A DNA stretch of 57,648 nt from Candidatus Omnitrophota bacterium. GTDB lineage: Bacteria; Omnitrophota; Gorgyraeia; B26-G9. The stretch lies in assembly GCA_018817165.1 (NCBI GenBank), contig JAHITY010000023.1, forward strand, positions 1-57,648, in the 5' to 3' direction. Shown here piece after piece: positions 49,504 through 57,392 of this stretch. A program made the translations under genes and the position numbers. The notes under the pieces are model-generated. The model did no database searches and had not been told where the DNA came from. It saw nothing but the letters and a program-made list of their open reading frames with translations. Numbering within the stretch: the stretch's first letter is position 1; each line of letters starts with the position of its first letter.

Positions 49504-52079
49504 TTTTCCTCCTTAAATGCTTTATCTTCTTCTAATGCTTTTTCTGGCAAACTAATCAGATGTAAAATATTCTCTTTTTTTGAGCCGCTGGTCGTTGAAA
49601 TAAAAGCAAGATAACCTTTTCTGCTATAAAAAGATTTACTTATTTCACCTTGATATTTTTCTAAATAATAAATGTCAGCAATCTCATAATCCTTGAAGTC
49701 TGATTTTCTGTCGGCTTTCAAATGATCCATTCCAAAACTTGACCAAAGATAAACAGAACCGGGAGCATCTGAAAAAAGATAGGAAGAAGATGATGATGAA
49801 AATGGTATAACTATTTCATCGACTATTTCATTATTGCGACAGACAAAAAAAGTATTTGATTTTTTTCCTCTTATGTCATTAAGCCAAATATTTTGTGCTC
49901 CATCGCAAAGAATCGGCCAACCAGAGTCTTTTAAAGAACCTATAATTCCTTTCTCATTAACACATGTTGCTGCCTGACCAACAGAGTCGCACACTCCCAT
50001 AGACATGTTGTTTGTGGCAGGGATCCAAAGAGCCCCTGAAACATCTTTTATGCTGCTCTTCATATATACCTCTTCAGAAGTATGAGGAGCTTTTTCAAAA
50101 ACCATTTTTCCATCCTGGATATTACCAAAAAATGAACTTCCGCTATCATCTGCCAGTCCAAAATCTGTTATATAAACTTTTTCACCATTTCCTACTGTAT
50201 TGATATACCACGGTTCTCCTGTTCTGGCTCCTGCCTCCATAAGAGTTGATTTTGCATTAAACCATTTATCACTTATAAGAACGCTAAGTTTTCTTGCATC
50301 AAGAAGCCATATATTTCCGTTACTATCAGCAACTATTCCATTTACAAAACTGTAATAACACTCTTTCTCCGAAGGCATACTTGTAAAATGCTTTCTAGCA
50401 TCATCTCGATTTTTAAAAATAAGGTCTTTTAAATTTTCAGACTGAAAGACCTTATCCGGAGTAATATAAAAGTACAAGGTATCCATACAACATAAGATCC
50501 TTCCTTCCTTACCCGGGAGCATGTACTTGATCTTCCTGTTACGAAGAACTTCTGGAGCTAAATGCCAGGTTTTCCCATCATAAAATGAGAGCCCCCTTTC
50601 TTCTAAAATTGCCCAAATATTTCCATTGGAATCCACACAGAAACGTTCACTCTTCAAATCAAATGTTTCTTCTTTGAGGATTTTTCTATTATCTGCTTTT
50701 TCAGACTGATAAATCCCAGGTTTTCCTTCTTTTGTAAAGAAAACCATTCCTTCCTTCTTCATACCAATGACAGATGTAGTATTCATCTCAGGAATCTCAT
50801 CAATGAAAACTCCTTTTACAAAATCAAGTCTCCTTGGCTTAGAGCCATTATACCCCCCGATCCAAATGCTTTTACCATCAGGGCAAAGATAAGTCTTGGT
50901 CCATGCCCCAGATTCAATGAACTCCTTGCCAGAATGAAAAATCGGTTTATCTTGATAATTAAGAACAAGCAAACCATCCTCTACTTTTTCTCCTTTTTTA
51001 AGAACATTTTCAACTTTAAAAAAGCTTATCCCCGTTTGATTATCTATATGCAAACGTCTTATTTTTTCAATATTAAGGTCTCCAAATTGAGTAAAAGAAT
51101 CCTTTCCTGATTGAGTAAAAGAATCCTTTCCGGAAAGTTCTTCTAAAACCCACATAAGCTGCTCAAGAGCATTAGAATCATATGTCTCGTTTAAAGCCTT
51201 CTTAATATCATGCCTGACGTTTTCTCCAAGATTTAATATCTGTTGAGCAATATCTCTTCTAACCTCATCTGTTTCTGCAGATTTGAGAGATTCGAAAAGT
51301 CCAATAAAATCAACTTTTTTTGAAGCATTTTTGTAAGGAATAAAATCCATACTATCATAATCTTTTGTCGCCCACACCCCACCGTTAGAGGGAGTGATCT
51401 GTTCTATTTGAGTATTATAATCAATAATATGCTCCCACTTCTCATCACGCCACCTCCAGAGATCAAGAACATTACCTCGTGCAATATTTCCCCCATCATT
51501 GATCTCGGTAATTCCGACAGCCAATACTCCGAGTTTATCAGGCTCAAGATAAAGATAAACGTTATTATGATATGTCCTTTCAACTATTTTCTTAAAGCTC
51601 CATTTTTCACCATCAAAAATATGTACCCCGCTTGCTCCGATAAAAAAAAGATGCTTTCCAATTTGATAATTTGATTTACTCCTGAAATATTCATTATGTA
51701 TTGTATGATGAATCCATTCTTTACCATCATAACCGGACATTATTCGACCGTTATCTCTTAGAAACCAAATCCTTCCATTAGATTCAAACAATGCTGGTTC
51801 ACAATCATAAAGCTGCGGTTCCTTTTTATCAAATTGATTCATAATCACTTTTAGTGAAATATTTGGATCTTCTCTCATGCCGCCCATAGAACTCAATTGA
51901 TACCATATTCTATCATCAGGTCCGATATAAACTGAACTTAGCTGATGCGGGAGCATTTGCAGCATGCAATCATTTATATTAATTGGGCCTATATTGTGCG
52001 GATATTCATCTGTAGAGGAAAAACATGGTATTTCCAAAAATAGAAGAACTAAAAGAAAGAATAATAGTTTACTTTTCAT
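49500..52079 (-). CDS. Large exported beta-propeller protein with a HEAT-like insert
   Basis: Signal peptide; D..G.IW and YDGK.W blades; helical VRRDIAQQILNLG segment; ATGA overlap with the next gene. Confidence 0.7.
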   Translation of the reverse strand: MKSKLLFFLLVLLFLEIPCFSSTDEYPHNIGPININDCMLQMLPHQLSSVYIGPDDRIWYQLSSMGGMREDPNISLKVIMNQFDKKEPQLYDCEPALFESNGRIWFLRDNGRIMSGYDGKEWIHHTIHNEYFRSKSNYQIGKHLFFIGASGVHIFDGEKWSFKKIVERTYHNNVYLYLEPDKLGVLAVGITEINDGGNIARGNVLDLWRWRDEKWEHIIDYNTQIEQITPSNGGVWATKDYDSMDFIPYKNASKKVDFIGLFESLKSAETDEVRRDIAQQILNLGENVRHDIKKALNETYDSNALEQLMWVLEELSGKDSFTQSGKDSFTQFGDLNIEKIRRLHIDNQTGISFFKVENVLKKGEKVEDGLLVLNYQDKPIFHSGKEFIESGAWTKTYLCPDGKSIWIGGYNGSKPRRLDFVKGVFIDEIPEMNTTSVIGMKKEGMVFFTKEGKPGIYQSEKADNRKILKEETFDLKSERFCVDSNGNIWAILEERGLSFYDGKTWHLAPEVLRNRKIKYMLPGKEGRILCCMDTLYFYITPDKVFQSENLKDLIFKNRDDARKHFTSMPSEKECYYSFVNGIVADSNGNIWLLDARKLSVLISDKWFNAKSTLMEAGARTGEPWYINTVGNGEKVYITDFGLADDSGSSFFGNIQDGKMVFEKAPHTSEEVYMKSSIKDVSGALWIPATNNMSMGVCDSVGQAATCVNEKGIIGSLKDSGWPILCDGAQNIWLNDIRGKKSNTFFVCRNNEIVDEIVIPFSSSSSSYLFSDAPGSVYLWSSFGMDHLKADRKSDFKDYEIADIYYLEKYQGEISKSFYSRKGYLAFISTTSGSKKENILHLISLPEKALEEDKAFKEEK
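51087..51134. repeat. 24-bp in-frame tandem duplication (SGKDSFTQ x2)
   Basis: ttgagtaaaagaatcctttcc(t/g)ga twice. Confidence 0.85.
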
Positions 52080-52104
52080 AGAAAACCCCTGAATTTATTT
52101 TTTC

Positions 52105-52878
52105 TTAATTCACATCTAATTTAACTGGAATTTTATTAATTACATCAGCAAATATTTTTTTAAATGATTGCCAATCAAGAATATCACTATTTTTCTGGGA
52201 AGCAGTGTAAGAGAATACTATCTTTTCCTCAGTGACTCCCACCATTTTCATTATTACTGTCACAGTACTTTTTTCCTGCAATGATTTCCACAATCCTCGC
52301 CTCGCAATAAAACTTTTCACTTCAAGATACATTACTGTATCAATATTTTTTGGGATTACTGGCTTCATATCAATCGTTCTTAAGACTAGCGGACTTGGCT
52401 TTTCATCTTTTTCATCATCTTTGTTTAATTCTTTTAAAGTTTTTATATTGCCGTTAGCGTCTTTAACTCCCATATTCCCAAACAATAGTTTAAAAAATTC
52501 TTTACCCGAATCTTCATCGGAATCTATCCCCGTAGGATGTAAAAACTCTTTTATCGCGAGTATCGCTAACTGGTCACTTTCATTTTCAGAATCAAGTGAT
52601 TGAAATTCCTGACTATATCCTGCAATTTTATAACCTCTCTTGGTAAACTCTTCTTGTAGCATATTTTTTATATTTTCTTTTGACTCTTTGATCATTGCGG
52701 TTAGATTTTCTCTGGATATATCATAACCAACATCTAAAGTAACCTCAGTAACAATCGGCATAACATAAACTGAATTTACTGCTTGCGGATCGACAAAAAC
52801 ATCCGAACGAATATATGGAACCGTTGAACATCCTGCTAAAAATAACACAAGAAAAATAACTATTAATATTTTCTTCAT
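52105..52878 (-). CDS. Hypothetical lipoprotein
   Basis: Lipobox LAGC; AAGGA RBS. Confidence 0.75.
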   Translation of the reverse strand: MKKILIVIFLVLFLAGCSTVPYIRSDVFVDPQAVNSVYVMPIVTEVTLDVGYDISRENLTAMIKESKENIKNMLQEEFTKRGYKIAGYSQEFQSLDSENESDQLAILAIKEFLHPTGIDSDEDSGKEFFKLLFGNMGVKDANGNIKTLKELNKDDEKDEKPSPLVLRTIDMKPVIPKNIDTVMYLEVKSFIARRGLWKSLQEKSTVTVIMKMVGVTEEKIVFSYTASQKNSDILDWQSFKKIFADVINKIPVKLDVN

Positions 52879-52896
52879 TTTATATCCTTTTTAATA

Positions 52897-53107
52897 CTAT
52901 AACGTTTAAGCTCAGGCTTTTTAGCTGATAGCCGATGGCTTATAGCTTATAGTTTTTTTACTATTGCCCATTAGTCATGAGCTATTGACTATTTTCTTAA
53001 GCAAATTTTATGATTTACCAACAAATCAGAGTTTAGCCCTTCGAAAAGCTCAGGATAAACTTATAGCGTTAAGCGTTTAGAAAATGTCAATAGTTCAGAC
53101 CTACCCC
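52897..53107 (-). repeat. Mosaic spacer: GGGG junction, REP half, left arm, heptamers, right arm
   Basis: GGGGTAGGTC...CATAAAATTTGCTTAAG...GCCTGAG-CTTAAAC-GTTATAG; REP-like cccttcgaaaagctcaggataaa at ~53037-53059. Confidence 0.75.
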
Positions 53108-53122
53108 AATTTACCTCTTATG

Positions 53123-53974
53123 TCATTTCCTCTGATTACTTCTAGACATTAAGTAATCACCACTCACAGTCCGGCTTGTATCTAATAATAAAATTAGTTT
53201 TAATTTTTTATCCTTTGTTATGGGATAGAAAGCTCTAATATCATTTCTATTTACAACAGAAAATTCTTTGAAGTTTTTTGTAAGGTTACTAAATCCTTTC
53301 CTCTCATTTTCGTTTGGAACAAAAAGATGATCCAGGGATTTAGAAATAGTAGTTTCATCGTCCTTATTGTAATCCCACGGCGTAATTTTATAAAATACTA
53401 AATCCTTTTGACCCTCTTTAGGAATTAATAAAGTAATACTTCTTGCTTCTTGTTTCAAAGAAAGCAACATCTCATCTCTCACAAAATATAGTTTGTTTAT
53501 TTTTTCGTCCTGCTCAATAAGGTCAATAATTCTCGTTGATAAAGTAGATTGTGCTACATCAATAAGTTGTTTCTCGATTTTTTCTACTTTATATTTCGCA
53601 GCATTATGTTCAGCAACACCTTGGTATCCTACGATTATAAAAACCCCCACAACTGATGCAATAATAATATTCCGAAACCGATAATCGTTTTTTTGGGTTA
53701 TTTCAGAATCAACGATTTCCTGCTCCTTTGCTATAAGGCCTATGGAAGTGGATATAATATTTAAAGTTAAAACAATATGTAAAATCGACAAAGCAACAAG
53801 AGCACCTAAACTAAGTCCAAATGCTGAAAAAAATGCGCCACCAATTGATTCATTAAAAAATGACCATTTAAAGATATTCCCGGCAAGAATTAAAGCAAAA
53901 CACATTAAATCAAACCAGACCAAAAAAAGGATTACTTTTAACGCTAAATTTTGCAATTTTTTAAAATTATCCAT
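53123..53974 (-). CDS. Hypothetical membrane protein
   Basis: Three TMs plus a soluble domain; GGAGG RBS. Confidence 0.75.
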   Translation of the reverse strand: MDNFKKLQNLALKVILFLVWFDLMCFALILAGNIFKWSFFNESIGGAFFSAFGLSLGALVALSILHIVLTLNIISTSIGLIAKEQEIVDSEITQKNDYRFRNIIIASVVGVFIIVGYQGVAEHNAAKYKVEKIEKQLIDVAQSTLSTRIIDLIEQDEKINKLYFVRDEMLLSLKQEARSITLLIPKEGQKDLVFYKITPWDYNKDDETTISKSLDHLFVPNENERKGFSNLTKNFKEFSVVNRNDIRAFYPITKDKKLKLILLLDTSRTVSGDYLMSRSNQRK

Positions 53975-54071
53975 TGAGCCTCCTTTTTCACTTTTCTCAT
54001 AGAGTTTTCCCTACTCATACATTAAATAGAACCGTCCCCTTTAGCTTCAATTAAAGGTATCTGGGCTTATT

Positions 54072-54977
54072 TTATTCTAATATAACATTATCATTTACAT
54101 CCCCTGAAATAATCTTTTTAAAGAGACTTCTTTTATACAATAGATATATGAGTATTATCAACGTAGGAAAAGAACTGATTAGCATCATAATTTTGAATGT
54201 GTTTATATCATAGATCATCTGATTTTCTTTTGCCCACCCTGAAAACATAATTTTAAATTGATTCTCCGATATGAAAACATAATTTATAATTACCGAAATC
54301 ATTCCATAAGCTTCTAAAAAAATAGCGGTGATCCATGCTGATCTCTTAAGTTTCCATAAACCTAATCCTGTAAAAAAACTTAAAACCGCGAATATAAGCT
54401 GATAGGCTATTAGCAGTTTTCCCGAAAGCATAATCCCAAAGAAAATAGCCGGAGTTTTAGGTGTGAAAAAAATAGACGCGACAATAAAAAGTCCCCCAAA
54501 TATTAACAGCCCGGCGATAAGCTTTATTCCCACATTAACTAATTGAGCATGATTATTCTTAGCATCGAAAAGCTCTTCTATTGATTTACGTGTAAAAAAC
54601 ACTAAAAAAAACGTGGGAATTAAAATAAGAAATGCAGATATTCCAACTCTCATAGCCAAAGCAATAGTTTCTTTATTTCTCATCTGTTCAAACATTGTCG
54701 AAGAAAGTAAAAAACTTGTTAAAAGCACTAAAACCCCTATGAATAGCAAAAAACAAGATATGAAAGATATGGCAATTCTTGCCCAGCTCTTAATTCTAAT
54801 TACTCCAATACCAATACACAGGGTTATTATTCCGATAATTAACGAGGGAACCAATGAAATCATTGATAATAAATCTTTAACTTCCCCAAGGAATAAAAAT
54901 AAAATTGTTGGCGCAATAAAAAACAATCCGATTAAAGAAATGTACACTCCCGATATTATAACAAATATTTTCTTCAT
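54072..54977 (-). CDS. Polytopic membrane protein with an internal two-fold repeat
   Basis: GIG..R.K.WAR and GLGLWKLK..AW halves; about 8 TMs. Confidence 0.75.
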   Translation of the reverse strand: MKKIFVIISGVYISLIGLFFIAPTILFLFLGEVKDLLSMISLVPSLIIGIITLCIGIGVIRIKSWARIAISFISCFLLFIGVLVLLTSFLLSSTMFEQMRNKETIALAMRVGISAFLILIPTFFLVFFTRKSIEELFDAKNNHAQLVNVGIKLIAGLLIFGGLFIVASIFFTPKTPAIFFGIMLSGKLLIAYQLIFAVLSFFTGLGLWKLKRSAWITAIFLEAYGMISVIINYVFISENQFKIMFSGWAKENQMIYDINTFKIMMLISSFPTLIILIYLLYKRSLFKKIISGDVNDNVILE

Positions 54978-54993
54978 ATTTTCATCCCCCTAT

Positions 54994-55170
54994 TTCCAAC
55001 CCCTAAGCCTTCCCCCAATCACTAGTAGTGAGCGAAGTCGAACTATATCGAAGGGCAGGCAGCTTGTCACGCTATGGCGGGGAGGAAACGCACAGCGTTA
55101 TCCACTTGCCTGTGTTTTAAGTTTTCAGTGCCTGACCCCTTATCCTCCAAAAGCCTAAAATAGCACCGTC
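54994..55170 (-). repeat. Mosaic spacer with a REP inserted in the attC L' box
   Basis: GGGGTCAGGCAC...GGATAACGCTGTGCGTTTCC...GCTGCCTG|cccttcga...ttcgacttcgctcac...|AGGCTTAGGG-GTTGGAA. Confidence 0.7.
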
Positions 55171-55176
55171 AATTTT

Positions 55177-55680
55177 TTATTCTACTTTTAATAATTCTAT
55201 AGCACTATTAATCTGTTTTGCAGCTGCTTGAGTTTCTTTTTTTGTAAAATTTCCAGTAAGTTGCATTTCACCGATTGATAATTGTTCTCTGATTGCCGCA
55301 ATGAAAAGTATTTTCCCATTTAAAATAATTGCAAGCTGTCTATTAACATTTCTTCCTGTGATTTCTTTGACTTTAGCAGCCCCGGCTTCAGTAAATTTAA
55401 AATACAAAGCATAATTAGCTTTTTGAGCCTCATCTTTTTCACTGCTAAAAAAGAATTCTTCTGCTCTGGCAAATTTAATATCTGTTTCAGAAAGTTGACA
55501 TTCTTTATCTATAAAAACCTCTTTTTTACCCCATTCGTCTTCCATCATAACTTCTTCATTATTATCTTTTTTAGTGTCATCTGCAAATCTAAATTCCAAG
55601 ATATTGTTCCCTGAAAACACAAAAGGTTGCCATAAGCAGACAATGAACGCAATGCAAATAATAATTTTTAAAACTTTCAT
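55177..55680 (-). CDS. Stand-alone SecDF P1 head subdomain protein
   Basis: LEFR...F.FT.AGA.K...IT..N..RQLAI+LNG....A.IRE....G...ITG.FT..E...A..I. Confidence 0.85.
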   Translation of the reverse strand: MKVLKIIICIAFIVCLWQPFVFSGNNILEFRFADDTKKDNNEEVMMEDEWGKKEVFIDKECQLSETDIKFARAEEFFFSSEKDEAQKANYALYFKFTEAGAAKVKEITGRNVNRQLAIILNGKILFIAAIREQLSIGEMQLTGNFTKKETQAAAKQINSAIELLKVE

Positions 55681-55690
55681 TTTTCTCTCT

Positions 55691-55761
55691 CCCTAACTTC
55701 TGAGCTCAGGCAGCTTCTCCCGCTATGGCGGCAAGCAAACACACAGCATTATCCACTTGCC
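55691..55761 (-). repeat. attC-like right arm plus central modules
   Basis: GGATAATGCTGTGTG...CCGCCATAGCGGGAGAAGCT-GCCTGAG-CTCAGAA-GTTAGGG. Confidence 0.7.
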
Positions 55762-55778
55762 AATTAAGTATTATACCC

Positions 55779-56020
55779 TTCATTTCTTTTCATCAGCTAA
55801 AAGAAACGAAGCAAAGAAAGAGCCGCCCCACTGGAATTTTATGCGATGTTCTTCTTTTTGGGGTTCAGCAAGTAAGATGATTCCGGTGATTCACTCAGGC
55901 ACGCAAAACAGCGTGCCTTCACGCCAACTAAACATCCTGTCTAAGTGGCGCTGCGCCGTCCTGGCTCCGTACAAATCCCCTCCATCAAAGAACCTCAGCT
56001 GAAAAATTCCAAAGGGGAAA
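55779..56020. repeat. GC-richer non-coding MITE-like insert
   Basis: Begins ttcatttctttt...aaaagaaacgaagcaaagaaa; internal stem aggcacgc/gcgtgcct; ggaattt...ttcttt pairs with aaagaa...aaattcc. Confidence 0.45.
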
Positions 56021-56058
56021 CTTCCCTATTTATTTTTGTTCAATGTCAAGGTTTAACC

Positions 56059-56451
56059 CTATTGTTCTTCAACAACTTTCCAACCATCTAAGTCGCCAGG
56101 CAAATAAAGAACTTCCCTTAAGTAATATTCTATCGCTTTTTCCGCAGAATTAAATATTTTTTCTGTTTGCATTGTGATTTTATTTAGATCGTAAGGGCTC
56201 GCTGCGCGCGATCTATAAATATATTTGTTTTTATCAATTTTTTCTATTACAGTAGCGTCATCTATAGGTTCGCCATTCTTTTTTGAAATCCATTCGTGAG
56301 GGAACCATTTATATGTTTTTAAATATTCAATTATTTCATTTCTTAATTCTGTTATTGTTAACGGAGGGTGTGGCCAGATACCTTGATCTATTCGTTCTTC
56401 CATGTTTAGGTGTCCACCCTTTAATAGAAATATTTTCGTTTTTGATTCCAT
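56059..56451 (-). CDS. Hypothetical protein
   Basis: 130 aa; GTTATAG core upstream; ends LPGDLDGW. Confidence 0.7.
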   Translation of the reverse strand: MESKTKIFLLKGGHLNMEERIDQGIWPHPPLTITELRNEIIEYLKTYKWFPHEWISKKNGEPIDDATVIEKIDKNKYIYRSRAASPYDLNKITMQTEKIFNSAEKAIEYYLREVLYLPGDLDGWKVVEEQ

Positions 56452-56463
56452 TATTAATTTTTC

Positions 56464-56543
56464 CTATAACACTTAAGCTTTGACCATGAGTTTGTCGAAT
56501 GGCAAACAGCTTGTCCGCTATGGCGGAGAAGCAAATTTTATGG
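56464..56543 (-). repeat. attC-like site with a REP half inserted at L'
   Basis: CCATAA-AATTTG-CTTCTCCGCCATAGCGGACAAGCTGTTTG|ccattcgacaaactcatggtcaa|AG-CTTAAGT-GTTATAG. Confidence 0.65.
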
Positions 56544-56865
56544 TTTGCCAAAAATAGAACCGTCCCCTTTATTTCTTTTAGTTTTTTCACTATTTAAATA
56601 AATCAATTTATCAAACAACGTCCCCGCTCATTTCTTCTTTTTAGTATTTAAGATTTATTTTAATTTTTTCACACATAGTTCATAAAGTTTTAATTAAACC
56701 TAACAATAGCTTGTCTACTTTTTTTGCTATTGACCATTAGCCATCAGCTATTAACTGTTTTCTTAAGCAAATTTTATGGTTTACTAAAACCAACCCGTCC
56801 CTTTTAATTCTTTTAGTTTTTTCTCTATTTAAATAAATCAATTTATCAAACAACGTCCCCGCTCA
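56529..56865. repeat. Imperfect ~100-bp direct repeat (56529-56630 and 56765-56865)
   Basis: aagcaaattttatggttt...ctatttaaataaatcaatttatcaaacaacgtccccgctca twice. Confidence 0.85.
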
Positions 56866-56934
56866 CATAAGCTCTTCTGAATCCGCGGCGTTTTCTGCCG
56901 CGGGTTCAGGTCAAGCTCAAATGTTTTGTTATGC
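56860..56934 (-). repeat. attC site of the first cassette
   Basis: GCATAAC-AAAACA-TTTGAGCT...CTGAACCCGCGGC/GCCGCGGATTCAG stem...AGCTTA-TGTGAGC-G. R'' is complementary to GTTATGCAT at the cassette start. Confidence 0.8.
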
Positions 56935-56938
56935 ATTT

Positions 56939-57379
56939 TTATGGATTAGTTCCTCCTGGATCAGGATAAATAATTTCGCCCCAAAGGTTTCCAGTTTCTT
57001 TTTCTAGTAATAATACCCATTCGTTTGCGTCTGATCGATTTTGATAATATAACAAATTATTTTCTGAGGGCAACTTGTTATGCGTAAGGTGTTCAATCCC
57101 CAGTAAGTTTATAAAAGGTGGTATATAATTCATAGAAACATGATTATTAATCTTCTGAAATTTATATTTTTTTATAAACTCCTTTATGTTGTTTTTTGGT
57201 AATTCAAGATAAAAAGTTACATAGAATTCGCCATTATCATAGGTTTCTATATTCACACTGTTATCAGGAAAAGAAATTCCTGTGATTTGCGAAATCCAAG
57301 TAATATTATTTTGAGATTTAGAACAGTTAATCGCCGTAATAAATATCAACAGCAATATTATGTTTCTAATAATTTTCAT
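56939..57379 (-). CDS. Hypothetical lipoprotein (first cassette)
   Basis: Signal peptide with Cys (AINC); AAGGA RBS; bracketed by complementary core sites. Confidence 0.8.
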   Translation of the reverse strand: MKIIRNIILLLIFITAINCSKSQNNITWISQITGISFPDNSVNIETYDNGEFYVTFYLELPKNNIKEFIKKYKFQKINNHVSMNYIPPFINLLGIEHLTHNKLPSENNLLYYQNRSDANEWVLLLEKETGNLWGEIIYPDPGGTNP

Positions 57380-57392
57380 TTTATTCCTTTAT

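Noticed and set aside
52425-52485. Phage tape-measure-like GVKDANGNIKTL motif in a lipoprotein
   Set aside because: A single short match with no phage genes nearby.
55757-56002. 81-aa plus-strand ORF in a spacer
   Set aside because: TTG start without RBS, opposite strand to all neighbours, and it coincides with a structured repeat-like insert.
1610-56590. The many short plus-strand and nested ORFs in the track (e.g. 21072, 35634, 43266, 52232, 54613)
   Set aside because: They are antisense or alternate-frame shadows of well-supported genes, with no motifs or RBS.
39430-56865. CRISPR array
   Set aside because: The repeats are degenerate, irregularly spaced and separated by whole genes; no cas genes.
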